From the NCBI GenBank assembly GCA_013265495.1, contig MU058221.1:5626066-5690065 (forward strand): a stretch of DNA of 64,000 bases, read 5' to 3'. The DNA comes from Vicugna vicugna (taxonomy: Eukaryota). Position numbers and translations under genes: made by a program. How positions within the stretch are numbered: position 1 is the first letter of the stretch; each line of letters begins with the position of its first letter. The notes under the pieces are model-generated. The model searched no databases, was not told the origin of the DNA, and saw only the letters and a list, made by a program, of their open reading frames with translations. Of this stretch, positions 37,851 through 50,440 are shown one piece after another.

Positions 37851-38333
37851 CTTTGAACCTCAAAAATGAAGAAGCAAAAGGAGACCATCATTTCCAATAG
37901 TATCAGACAAGACACTCTGATTTACCTCCAACTGAAAACAACTGCATATTCTGAATTTAAACAAACTGCCAATTTTTTAACCAAGTGGTCCAGTTTGGTA
38001 TCACCCATTATAGGACAGCCTGGCATTCTGTCCTCTTGACAGAAGGCAGTGGGAGGTGCACCCCATCATCTACACAGTGTCTGACCTGAGGCTAATCGTG
38101 AGGTCAAGTCTGACCTCACGTTCTACCTCTCAGCCGGCCTAGAGTCTTTATAAAGTAGGGGGAGGGGAGACACTTCTAGGTTGTTCAAAAAGATGCAACA
38201 GCCAAGTTCAAAGAGTGAACTTTAATTGGATCCAAACAGAAACAAGAAAAAGCAAATAAAGGATTTTTAAAAATTGGGATTAATTTGAGTACAAACCACA
38301 TATTGGATGAAGTTGCGGAATGAGAATGGATTT

Positions 38334-38458
38334 TTTTTTTTGAGGGGGAATATAATTAGGGTTATTTATTTATTTATTTTAAGTGGTGGTACCGGGGATT
38401 GAACCCAGGACCTCACGCTTGCTAAGCACCCTCTCTACCACTGAGCTATACCTTCCCC
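38334..38458 (-). mobile_element. tRNA-Ala-derived SINE (vic-1-like) with perfect TSD
   Basis: ggtaccggggattgaacccaggacc...ccactgagctataccttcccc. TSD tgagaatggattt at 38321-38333 and 38459-38471. Confidence 0.93.
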
Positions 38459-38506
38459 TGAGAATGGATTTCCTTAGGGGTGGTAAGAAGTATTAATTGT
38501 ACAGAA

Positions 38507-39701
38507 CAGTGAATGGTTCTCAAGCAAGATCCACAGACTCCTGGGAGACCCCAAAACCCTTTCTGGGGATTCCTGGGACCCTGTCAGAGGGTTCATGAAA
38601 GCAAAACAACTTTAATAATAATACTAGGACATCTGCCTTTTTCACTGTGTAGACTTTGCACTGACAATGCAAAAACAATAAAGGGTAAAACTGCTGCCTT
38701 TGCACGAATCAAGCCAAAAGCAGTCACTGTATTCCTCACCATGATGCAGTAGGGAAATGATGCTTGCTTCATTTAAGAATGTCACTGATCATGCAGTAGA
38801 AACCATCAATTTTATTAAAGCACGACCCTGGAGTACAGGTGTTTTTAATATTTGGTGATGCGATAGGCCGTACACATTAAGTACTGCCATGTACCAAAGT
38901 ATGAGGATTGTCTTGAGGAAAAGCACCTGTGTCATTGTGCTGTGTGCTGATCATCCACTATTTTTCAGAGAACACTATTGTTACTTGAATGACTGACAAA
39001 CTATGGTCATTCAGTGCACATCTGGCAAGCATCTTTTAGGAAATGAATGAAATGAGCCCATTACTTCACGAAAAACAAACAGTGTTTGTTGCCAATGATA
39101 ACATTTGAGATTTCAAACAAAAATTAGAATTTTGGAAAATCTGTGTCCACTACCATGAACTTGACAGTGCCCCAACACTTAAAGACTTTTCTGATGAGAT
39201 TGATGATGATATTAATGAATGTGATTTTGGGATATTGTATAATGAAATGTGTCAACATTTAGAACATATGCATTTAACTTGGGGAATCAGGAGTTTCCAA
39301 ATAATCAATATGTAATGTTACAAATAACACATGGATAAAAGACTCATTCAAAGTGTAAGACAGATCAACCTTTATTAATAAGGTTTCAGATTCCACATTG
39401 CAATTAAACCTGATGTGAAAAAGACCTACAAAAATGTACAATGCCTTCTCTTGCCATTGTTTTTCGTGTTCTGGAAAATGTAATTCTTTTTCAGTAAAAA
39501 AATATATTATTTATTTTAACGTGTAATGGGTTTTTATTGTTATTTTATAATTAATTAATACATATGTCAAAATGTCTCCAGCTTAACTTTTAATATAGTA
39601 AATACTGAAAGATGTGAGCCCCATAAACTGAAGTTCTTTGGGATTCTTAATTTTTCTGCATATAAAGGAGTCCCTGAAATGAACAAGTTTGAGAACCACT
39701 G
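38507..39701 (+). mobile_element. Charlie1a-like hAT DNA transposon (degraded), within an old L1 3' end
   Basis: Termini cagtgaatggttctcaa ... tttgagaaccactg. Internal ttgtcttgaggaaaagca resembles the hAT (W)LSRGKA motif. Confidence 0.85.
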
Positions 39702-40109
39702 ATGTAGGAGAAAAATCTTGCCCTTGAGTGACATTAATTAAATATTAGGGGTGAAGGGACATGAGGTCTGCAGCTTACTTTCAGATGGTTAACCAAGAGG
39801 GAACGTGTGTATTTATGGAGAAAGAGATGGAGTGGGTACGCCAAAGCAAGAGAAATACAGGTACTCACTGTACTTTTCTTTCAACTTTTCTGTGGGTTTC
39901 AAAAGTTTTTGAAACAGAAAAAGGAATCAATTTAAAGAAACTTTTAAAACCTACTGATATTGTATATCAATGTAAGGATATCTTTCAGGCCAAAAACCAA
40001 GTCAAAGTTGGGCCCCAGAAAGGTAAATTAAGGGCACTTGCTGAACACAAGCAATGAACTTCAGACAAGGCTGGACAGAGTGTTAAGTATAGGAGACAAA
40101 GTCTTGGGC

Positions 40110-40290
40110 AATCCTACTGGAACTTCAGCCTGTCTGAGAAAGCCTGGAGAAGTTAGTAACACACAGGTTCCTGGGCCCCATCCTCAGGTATTCTCATTCA
40201 GAAAGTCTGGGGGACCTGAAAATTTACAGTTCTAACAAACTCCCAGGTGAGGTGATGCTGGGGTTCCTCAGACCGCACTGTAACACCAGC
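40110..40290 (-). mobile_element. MER5A-like MITE
   Basis: ttcctgggccccatcctcag...ttctaacaaactcccaggtga...gatgctg...gaccgcact. Confidence 0.7.
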
Positions 40291-40321
40291 ACAGGGCATC
40301 CTCTCTCTAAAGCTTCAATCC

Positions 40322-40767
40322 TGCAGTGGACTGAACTGTGTCCTTCAAGAAGCTACAGTGACCTAACCACTTCCACCCACCCCCACCTGTAAATGTGACC
40401 TTATTTGGAAATAGGGTCTTTGCTGATGTAATCAAGGCAAGAGGTCATTATGCTAGGCCCTAATCCAATTATGACCAATGTCCTTAAAAGAGGAGAAAAA
40501 GAATCACAGACATGGGGAGAGTCATGTGACAAGGGGGGCAGAGGTTGGAATGATGATGTATCCATAAGCCAAGGACTGCAGATGACCATCAGACGCTAAG
40601 AGAAAGCCATGGGATGTATTCTCCCATAAGCATCCAGTGAGAGCATGGCCCTGCCAACGTACTAATTTCACACTTCTAGCCTCTAAAATTGTGAGAAATA
40701 AATTTCTGTTGTTTTACCTATCCAGTTTGTAGTCCTCTGGTCCATAGCACCCTAGGAAACTTGTACA
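40322..40767 (+). mobile_element. MLT1C-like MaLR solo LTR
   Basis: tgcagtggactgaactgtgtcc...aatgtgaccttatttggaaatagggtctttgc...ataaatttctgttgtttt...ccctaggaaacttgtaca. Confidence 0.88.
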
Positions 40768-40779
40768 GACCCCCAAGAC

Positions 40780-43700
40780 ACATACCATAAGTAAAAAGTG
40801 AAGTAGAATTAAGCCTGATGCCAAGCCTGAAGAAACAGGAAAGAAAAACGCCTAATTCTTTAGCCATGACCACAGGCAGAGAGAAAATAGTATTTCCCTG
40901 GAGAAGATGTAACCACTAGCCTGCCCCCAAACTTATCCACCCGAATGGCTAGATAAAAAAATTCAAGAATTTATTTTCTAGTGGACTAACAGTAGTAGTA
41001 TTCCCAGACACCCAGCAGAAGCAATGTAAGTCTCTAGAGGAACCTACCTTTCACCCAGGCTGCAAATAATTCCTACAGATAAAGTCCTAAAGAATACAAG
41101 CTCACAGTGAATGAATAAATTAAAATTTAAAAAATTGGAAAATATACACTGTTCTAAGATTGAGAGCCAACAGAAAAAGAGACAGTTGATTTAGACCTTC
41201 AAGAAGAGTCTAGATGCTAGAATGATCGGACTCAGAATATAAACGTTTAATACATTTGAAGGGAGAAAAGTGAATTTAAAATATGTGGAAGAAAGAGGGA
41301 CCATAAAATATGACCAAACAGTTTTGAAACAGAATCAAATAGAATTTCTAAAATAGAATAATTGAAATTTTAAAACCAATGAATATGTTCAGCAGTTGAC
41401 TAGAGATTGCTAAGGAGACAGATATGAAGGAAATTATCCATAAAGCAGCAGAGACAAAAAAAGGAGTGAGAAATAAGAAGTGAAGAGACATGGAAGACAG
41501 AGTAAGAACATCTAACATATCTCTAAAGAGAGTGTTGGAAGGACAGGAAAAAAGGAATGGGGTGCAGAACCAATGTTGTTAACTAGTGATAATTTTGAAA
41601 AATGAATAATAATAATAATTTTGAAAAGTTATTAAAATGAATGAACTCCTGAACTAATACTGACTCAAGAAAATAGAGAAAAATCTATAACCATTAAAGA
41701 AATCGAACTAATAGTTTGAATGTTTCCCACGGAAAAAACACCTGGCCCTGATCATTTTACTGGCCAGTTCATCTATTTTACACACAAGAAAGAAATGCAG
41801 TCTTACACAAATTATGCCAGGGTATAAAACAAGGATACGCCTGCCCTCAACTTGGTTTATGAATCTAGCATAATCTTGATACCAAAACCAGACAAGATAA
41901 CACAACTAACATCACTCACAAACACAGCTTTAAAAACAACTAAACTAAATATTAACAAATTGAATTTAGGATTGTTCTAATAACAAAAAAGAAAAAAAAT
42001 CCCGCTCCTGGGCATATGTCCAGAAGGAACCCTACTCCAAAATGACACCTGAACCCCAATGTTCATATTGCACTATTTACAATAGCCAAGACATGGAAAC
42101 AGCCTAAATGTCCATCAACAGGTGACTGGATGAAGAAGAGGTGGTATATTTATACAATGGAATACTACGCAGCCATAAAAATGACAACATAACGCCATTT
42201 GCAGCAACATGGATGCTCCTGGAGAATGTCATTCTAAGTGAAGTAAGCCAGAAAAAGAAAGAAAAATACCATATGAGATCACTCATATGTGGAATCTAAA
42301 AAAACAAAAACAAACAAACAAAAAACAAACAAAACATAAATACAAAACAGAAACAGACTCATAGACACAGAACACAAACTTGTGGTTGCCAAGGGGGCAG
42401 GGGGTGGGAAGGGATAGACTGGGAGTTCAAAATGTAGAATAGATGGATGGGATTATACTGTACAGCACAGGGAAATATATACAAGATCTTATGGTAGCTC
42501 ACAGAGAAAAAAAATGCGACAATGAATATATATATGTTCATGTATGACTGAAAAATTGTGCTCTACACTGGAATTTGACACAACACTGTAAAATTATTAT
42601 ACATCAATAAAAAATGTTAAAAAAAAAAAAAGAAAAGAAAAGAAAAAACAACTTTATAACCAAATTGGGTTTATCCAGGAAGGCAAAGTTGGTTAATGGC
42701 AAAACTAATACAATTTGCCACTCACCAGATTAAAAGCCCCCCACCAAATACATTATCATCTCAATGGAAGCATTAGATAAAATACAATATCATTTATTAT
42801 AAAAACTCTCAGCAAACGAGAACAAGAAGAAAACTTACAATGATAAATTGTATTTCTGAAACCCCTATAGCAAGTACAATACTTTATGGAAAAATGCTGA
42901 AGCTTTCTTTTCGAAATCAGAAACAAGACAAGAAGGCCTGCCTCCCCCACTTTTAGTCATCTTGCACTAGAATATTAACCAGGACAGTCAGGGGAAGGGG
43001 AAACAAGGAATAATTATTGAAAAGACACAACATTATGCTATTCTCAGATGGCATGACTACTTTTCTGGGAAACCCAAAAGAATCTACAGTTTAGCAAGGA
43101 TGCATTCTTCTAATAGTTGGAAGATGAAAATTTTAATAAGATGCCAAACATACTGGCATCAACAAATATCAGGTAACTGGGAATAAATCTAACAAACGAT
43201 GCACAAGACACTTACGGTAAAAATTATAAAATTATTTGAATAATTTTGAAATTTGAAAATAATTGAATAATAATTAAAAAATTTAAAAAATTAAAATAAT
43301 TTGAAAATATTGAAAATCATTAAAGAAGACTGAAATAAATAGATAAATACCATGTTTATGGATTGGAACACTCGGTATCCTAAGAACATCAATGTTATTC
43401 CAATTAAACTCCCAACAGATTTTTGAGTGAGTAAGTCCATGTGTGTGTGGCTGTGTTGTAATACATAATTCTAAGATAATTCTTATTATGCATATGGAAG
43501 AGGAAAGCGTTCAGGCACTTTTGAAAGTGGGGGCCCCTGCCAGGCCAGATACCAAGAATTTTCATAAAGTTATGGTAATTAAAGCAGTGGCACTGGTTCA
43601 GGGCCAAACAGATCAATGGAACCGAATAAAGAGCCCAGACACAGAATTACACATCCATGGAAATTTATTTATGACTGAACACTGCGGATCTAAAGAGAAA

Positions 43701-44830
43701 GGATGAACTCTATATAACAAACAGTGCTAGGACAATTGGTTTTCCTTCTGGGAAAAATTCCGGAGTCCTACTTCACATCATATACAGAAGTCATCTCAAG
43801 ATGGATTAAGAAATTAAAGGTGAATAACAAAACTTTAAAACTGCCAGCTAGGAACAGTATGGGAGAATAGCTTCATGATTTCAGGTAGGTAAGGTTTTCC
43901 CAGGACACAAAAAGTACAAACTATAAAATGAAAAAAAAAGATAAATCCATTGCACTAATATTAAGAACTTCTGGTTATCAAAACACACCATAAAGAAAGT
44001 GAAAAAATAAACCAGGGACTGGGAGAAAAGTGTGAAACACTAAGTGACACAGGACCAGCACCTAAAATATTTAAAGAACTCCTGCACATCAGTACGTTAA
44101 GGACAAGAGAAAAATTGGCAAGACTTGACCGGGCTCTTCACAGGAGACAGAACATGAATGGGCGATAAACATATGAAAGGATGCTCAGTCTCATTAGTAT
44201 TCAGGGAAATGCAAATTTAAACCATAATGAGATTCCACTTTGCTAACCAGCAGACTGGCAAAAATTCTAAAGTGTGACAATAGCAAGTGATAGTAAAGAT
44301 TCGGTACAACTGAAATTGCATATTTCGCAGAAGAAAAACCATTTTGGAAAACAACTTACGAAGAGCAAAATGTGGAGGGGAACTGCCGGGCCAGATATCA
44401 ACAATTTTCATGAAAGTTATGGTAATTAAGACAGTGTGGCCCCAATGCAGAGTCAGACGAGTTGATTAACGGAACAGAATAAAGAGCCCAGCAATCATCC
44501 TCCACGTCCACGAAACTTAGTTTATGTTATTTGGGTAAGTGAAAGATGCGTGCACTCCTGCCTCAGCCATTCCATTCCCAAAGAAATTTGTGCTTGGGGC
44601 ACCAGCAAACACACGTAAGAGTGTTCACTGCAGAAGTCTTTTCAAGAGAAAAAGAGAGAAACAAAAATCTAGAAAGAATCCAAATGTCTATAGACAGTGG
44701 TACATGGACACAATGAAGGCAATGTCCTATTTCTTAAACTGGGTAGTGAGTCAAGGTGTATTCATTGCATCCATTATACCCTAACCATTTCTTTGTAATC
44801 TTTTCTATTGACTTCATAATTAATTTTTGC
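40780..44830 (+). mobile_element. Long degraded old L1 (L1M-type ORF1/ORF2/3' remnants)
   Basis: A-rich L1 ORF2-like stretches, e.g. cctggccctgatcattttactggc, gggaataaatctaacaaacgatgcacaagac, and QTDQWNRIKSP in ORF 43443-43706. Confidence 0.85.
42000..42640 (+). mobile_element. Young lineage-specific L1 3' portion nested in the old L1
   Basis: Well-preserved cccgctcctgggcatatgtccaga...gcagcaacatggatgctcctggagaatgtcattctaagtgaagtaagccag...aataaaaaatgtt-An, with A-rich flanks. Confidence 0.92.
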
Positions 44831-44889
44831 AAATCAAGGAGAGTCTGAAAATGGAGACAAAAGAAGATGTAGAAACATCAGAGTTCTTT

Positions 44890-45050
44890 ATTTTTTTTAA
44901 AATATTTAATTTATTTATTATTGTATGACCTTTATTTTGGCAGGGGGGAGATAATTAGGCTTATTTATCGTTAGAGGAAGTACAGGGGATTGAACCCAGG
45001 ACCTTGTACATGCTAAGCATGTGCTCTGCCACTTGAGCTACACCCTCCCT
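44890..45050 (-). mobile_element. tRNA-Ala-derived SINE (vic-1-like)
   Basis: gaggaagtacaggggattgaacccaggacc...ccacttgagctacaccctccc. Degenerate flanking repeat ...gttcttt. Confidence 0.9.
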
Positions 45051-45127
45051 GCATGGTGTTCTTTCTTTAGGCTATTCTTAGATGGACTCCCTTCCGCTTG
45101 GTGGCAGCAGGGCCAGCAGCCAGGGGT

Positions 45128-45602
45128 TTGGTAGGTTGAATAGTGGTGCCCAAAGATATGAAGGTTCTAATCCCCAGAGCCTACGAATGTTACCTTATAT
45201 AGCAAAAGAGACTTTGCAGAAGTGATGAAGTTAAGGCTTTTGAGACGAGGAGATTATCCTGGATCATTAAGGTGGGCCCTCAATGTAATCACAAATGTCC
45301 TTCTAAGAGAGGTGGAGAAAGATATGAAGACAGAGAGGAGGCAAGGTGACTACAGAAGCACAGACTGGAGCGACGTGGCCACAGGCCAAGGAATGCCAAC
45401 AGCCACTAGATGCTGGAAAAAGCAAAACATGGATTCTCCCATGAAACTTCCAGAAGGAAGCATTTCTGCCAACACCTTGATGTTAGCCCCAAAACACTCA
45501 TTTCAGACTTCAGGCCTCCAGAAATGAAAGAACTGAATTTCTGTTGTTTTAAGCCAGTAAATTTGTGGTTATCTCTTACAGCAGCAATAGTAGACGAATA
45601 CA
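45128..45602 (+). mobile_element. MLT1D-like MaLR solo LTR
   Basis: ggtaggttgaatagtgg...gaatgttaccttatatagcaaaagagactttgcaga...tttctgttgttttaagcca...ttacagcagcaatag...aca. Confidence 0.88.
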
Positions 45603-47258
45603 GTGGGCAAGGATGCTCAACTTTACCTATTTCTTTGTCCCAGATTGTAAGTATTCAGCACACCCTCCCCTCTGCCACCTCTTCTCTCTCAACACTGGCT
45701 GCCACAGTGTTCCCCAGGCAGAGAGAGGCAGCAGTGGTTTAATCTCCCTTCACATATCAGATGCACCGCTTCCCCTGTGAAAGGGCTCCTCCCTACAATT
45801 TCCAACCAAAGCCAGGAAAGTCGTTCACACCCACCCACAAAATAACCAACCCAACGGAAAGAATGCTGGCCAGGCAGGAAGGACACTGGAAATCAAGTCC
45901 AAGTTTTCCACTGATTGGCTACGTGACCTCAGAAACTTCTCAAAGATGCAACGGGAATTCATTTCCTCTTTCTATCCCTGGTGCCCAGGATAGTGCTTCG
46001 CACAAAGCAAATGGTCAATGAATGGGAGGAGCACCAATGAATGAATCAATCAAGCAATGAATCAGTCAGTCTCAAACAAGGACAGAAGGCCTACCCACTG
46101 AAAGAGAATCTTTCCAACAACTCTTACCTCTCTTCCTCCACTATAATAAGAGAAAAGGATAAAATTATAGTTTGAGAGTTGAAGGGCCTTACGGTTGGAA
46201 GCCAGGAGCTCATTGCCTCACTTCAACACCAGTTACTGAAAACCTTTTCCTTCTATCAAGACAAAAATGTGTCTCCTAATCACCCACGGGTCCCAGCTCA
46301 ACCCTCTAACCATATAAAACGAACCTCCTCCTTCTTCTGGTCCAAAACACTTTCTGGAATTGGAGACTCAAATCATGACCTTGCCAATCAGGCTACCGAC
46401 CTTAATGAAGACTCGCCCCCTCAGGTCTCAGCTTCCTTGTCTGTCAAACAAGAGTGTGAAATCACTAAGAGCCCTCAGGCCCCACCAGGCAGTGTGGAAA
46501 CATCACCCCCTTGGTGTTCAATCCCTCAGCATTTTAAACTATCCAGTGTGTTGTTTCAATACCTGATTTTTAACTTGTAGAATTGCTTCTTTTCTCGTGG
46601 GCCTATTCCTTTCCTGTTCCACCCCAAGATCTGCTGTCTTCTTGTATTTTTCAACTCTTTATTTTTTCACTTTAGAAAGACTTATTCTAAGATGTCTCAG
46701 TAATAGTTATTTTATATAAATAATATATATAATTAATATATGGATGTTATTTACCTATTTATTTCTGGAGGGCTAATTCTGCCTTAGGATGTTTGCAAAC
46801 TCCTGCTCAGGGTGCAAGGGGGATTGTTACTTCACGTGTTTTATAACTTCGGAGTATGGATTCATGCGCTTTGAGGCTAATTCTGTATGATGTGCATTGA
46901 GTGCTCTCAGAGAGACTGGATTAATTTCTGTCAGATCCCGCAGGAGTAACTCTGGCCCAGGACCAAAGTTTATGTTAATCAGCGGAGGGTATCTGTACAA
47001 TGTGTCCATTCAAACCCCAAATCCACAGGAGGACCGGTCAATGGACGCTTTCAAATTCCCAAGGGAGATTTTCCCTCCACCGAGAACCCAGAGCAAGACA
47101 GCCAAGCTCCCTGGGCTTGTGTTCTACTCAGGACAGCACAGCAGAACGGCCCTTCATGTCTCAGTGTTACGCAGACATTCAGCTCTAGTACTTCCCCAGA
47201 CCCGAGGCCCCTCTATTCTTTACTCAGATAGTAAAGCCAAGTCAGGCCAGTCCTCCAG

Positions 47259-47770
47259 CGTGGTATTTTAAAGATGGTTGCAGATTATTTGCTACCCCTC
47301 CCGTGGAGAGGTAGAATCTAATCTCCCTCTCTCCAAATCTAAGACGGCCTTCGTGCCTTGTTTGGCCAATAGAAGGCAGCCGAAGTGTCATAAGTGTCAT
47401 CTCGAGACTTCTGAGACCAACTCATAAAAAGTCTTAACAGTTTCTCCGGATACGTCTCGGACACTCGCTCTTGCAGCCCTGAGCTACGTGTAAGAAACCT
47501 GACCACCCTGAGGCGGCCATGCTGGAGAAGTCACACAGAAAAACCAGGCGGAGAAGCCATGGAGCACATGAAGGGAGACAGATGTCCAGTCTGCCACTGC
47601 TATCCGCATCATCCCGGTTGAGACCCAGACATCACAGAGCAGAAGCAAGTTTTGCGTCCTGTGTCCTGGCCAGATTCCTGACTGCAGAGCCAAGGGAGAT
47701 GATAACAACATGGCTGCTGATTTAAGCTAAATTTCAGGGTAGTGTGCCGTGCAGCTGCCACAGCAAACGG
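47259..47770 (+). mobile_element. MLT1F/G/H-like MaLR LTR
   Basis: taaagatggttgcagattatttgctacccctccc...tttggccaatagaa...gaggcggccatgctggaga...cagattcctgactgcaga. Confidence 0.75.
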
Positions 47771-48099
47771 GCAAGTTTACACCCTTGCAAAATGATTCCC
47801 TCTCTGTTTTGCCTCCTGGTGAATTCCCTTACTTACTTAAAAGCTCTGCTATGCTTTTAAGGAGTTCACTGTTATATTCCATCTGCGACTTTCAGAAAAA
47901 TGTTTAATTCAGTTTTATTATGGGAGGGGTTTCAGACTATACAGTTTGCCATACTGCCAGAAATAGAAATCAGATATTTCATTTTACAGATGAGCAAACA
48001 GAGACTTAGAGAGGTTAAATGACTTGCCTTGATCACAAATCAAGGTTCTACAAACCCAGGTGTTTAAAAAGGATCTAACCCCAGAGGGAAAAGAAAGTC

Positions 48100-48800
48100 A
48101 TCATTTGTGTATTTTTTAAACACCTACTATGCGCTTAGAACTGCTCTAGGCACTGGGAAAACAGACGTGAACAAAACAAAAGTCTCAAAAGTCATGGAGA
48201 TCAAATCCTAGTGGAGAGATAGACCAGGAACAAGCAAACAATAGAACTAAAAGCAAGGTTTCAGGGAGGGACAAGAGGACAGAGGTGTAGATGGGGCATA
48301 TCTTGGAGAAGGTGGTCCGAAGAGGCTTCTCTCGAATCGGTGGCATGTAAGCAGCGACCTCAGCGGAAAGGGGGAAAGGACCATGGACCATCCGCGGCAG
48401 GGTGTTCAGGGCAGAGGGAAGAGCAAGCTCAAAGGCCCCTAGGCGGGACAAGTGAGGATGGGGGGGCTGAGTGAGGGAGGGGGCGCAGAACAAGGTGGGG
48501 TCAGGGTGGTGGGCAGAGGCCAGGCCTTGCTGAGTCTTGTCGAGAATGAGTCTGAATCTTATCCTCAGTGTGACAGGAGATCTTTAGACGGTTTTAAATA
48601 GCGGAGGAAAGCTAAGACCTAGCTTACGTTTTAAGCAAATCTCTGGAGAGACAGGAACAGAAGCAGGGAAAACAATTAGAAGAGCTTTGAAGTGGTCCAG
48701 GAAAGCAGCAATTTGGGGTTGGAACAGAGTGGCGGCAGGGCAGACGGGAGTGGGTTGGACAGGGAGCAGTTCAAAGGTGGAGCTGAGGGGACTCACTGGC
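48100..48800 (-). mobile_element. L2 LINE fragment
   Basis: cacctactatg...ctaggcactggg...gcagagggaagagcaagctcaaaggccct...tggtccaggaaag. Confidence 0.78.
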
Positions 48801-49374
48801 AAGACTGGATTCCACAGCACACAGGGTCTGGCGTGAAACATTTACAGAGCCCACTGGATCCTGTGACTTCCTCAGGGGGACATACAGGGACCAGCGGTTC
48901 CTGACCTCATGTGCTCATGAGAAAAGTCCTTTCGTGTTCCTATAAATCCACTGTGTGCCCCCAGCACCAGCTGACTGTGTCTCACCACGCCAATTTCTCA
49001 GGGGGGTTATAGCCCACCCTCCTCCGAGTAGCAGGACCTGCCTGGCATAATATTCTGTCTGACAGGCATTGCCATGGCCGTTTATAAACCCCAATTATGG
49101 CAAAACAAACTTTTACACAGATCACAATTAGGCAGCCCATCTGCAAAAGGTGTGTAGTTGAGCCCTGGGTTGGTGGAGTCCAATTATGCCTTTCAGAACT
49201 CATAAAAAAGTCAGGGTTCGGACCTCTCCGCACCAGAGGGGATGAACTACAGTCTAGCAGAATGGATGACTTGGGAGTGAATCCCCATTTACAGTCAACA
49301 GTGGGAAACTCAGGCAAGCCAATTTCTTTTCATTTCACAGGCGAGATGATGAAACCCCATCTCCTTGACTCAGC

Positions 49375-49515
49375 ACTTCTCAGGTTTCATAGGGATCTGG
49401 TTAAAAATGCAGATTCATGAGGCCTTGGGTGGGGCCCAGGATTCTACACTCCTAACCAGCCCCCAGTGATGCTGATGTGCTGGTGCACAGACCACGTGGG
49501 AGTAGAGAGGCCCTG
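49375..49515 (-). mobile_element. MER5A-like MITE
   Basis: ttaaaaatgcagattc...gggtggggcccaggattct...gtgatgctgatg...cagaccacgtgggagtag. Confidence 0.75.
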
Positions 49516-50049
49516 ACTCATTCACGATCCAACACGCACTCACTGGACACCTACTACACATGAAGAGCTGAGAGGGAGACAGAAACAGACGTGGTTCCTA
49601 AGCAGGGGGACGGGGTTGTGTTCGTGTGTAAATGCATGCACAAAGCCACACTGCAAGGTGCAAAGCGGCAGTGCCACGCTGCGGACCCAAGAAGAGAAAT
49701 TTTTCTTCGGTGAAGTTTCATGGAGGAAGGTAGATGGAGGTCAGCATGGAGAGTGTAGTGACAATCACAGGGCACCTTCGAGGTCTTTAGCCATAAAACA
49801 GCATCAGCTCTCTACAACCGCTAATTTCTCCTCAACATTAAGACCTCCGTTTTAAACTCACAAATGGCATCATGGAAAAAGGTCAAAAGGAGAAAGAGAG
49901 ATTTTTCTCATGTGAAGAGGTAAAGGTGTGTATTAGGACTCTTCCAGATGCAAGAAGAAAAAAAAATCCCATCTTTCACCAACTCTAGTAAAAAAAGGAC
50001 ATTTATAGGTCTGCAAAGCGGGTTAGGATTCATTCATTCAGCACATAAG

Positions 50050-50440
50050 CTGGTCACTGGGCTGCTCACAGATGGTTAGTAAGACTGTAACCCTCCACCC
50101 ACTTGAATGAGGGCATGGTATATGATTTTCTTTGGCCAATGAGATGTGAGCAGACATGACACGTGTCACTTCCGGTTAGAGACACTTAAGAGCCAGTGCA
50201 TGACTCTCCATTTTTCTTTCCCTACTCCAGTGAATCCTGGTGCCTTGTGCCGCAATGACAACGCCCCAAGACAAAGGAGACTGAGTCAGCCTGAGCCTCC
50301 GGTGATTACAATGAGCAGAGTGCCTCGGCCAACCCACAGGGAACAGGCAGCATAAAGCAAGAAATAAACCTTTGTTGTCTCCAGCCCCTGGGATTTGGGA
50401 CTTGTTACTGCAGCATAACCCAGTCCATCCTCACCACTAC
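50050..50440 (+). mobile_element. MLT1I/J-like MaLR LTR nested in an older minus-strand ERVL-type LTR (~49925-50870)
   Basis: tttggccaatgagatgtgagcagac...gtgtcacttccgg...agcaagaaataaacctttgttg...ttgttactgcagcataaccc. Confidence 0.8.
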
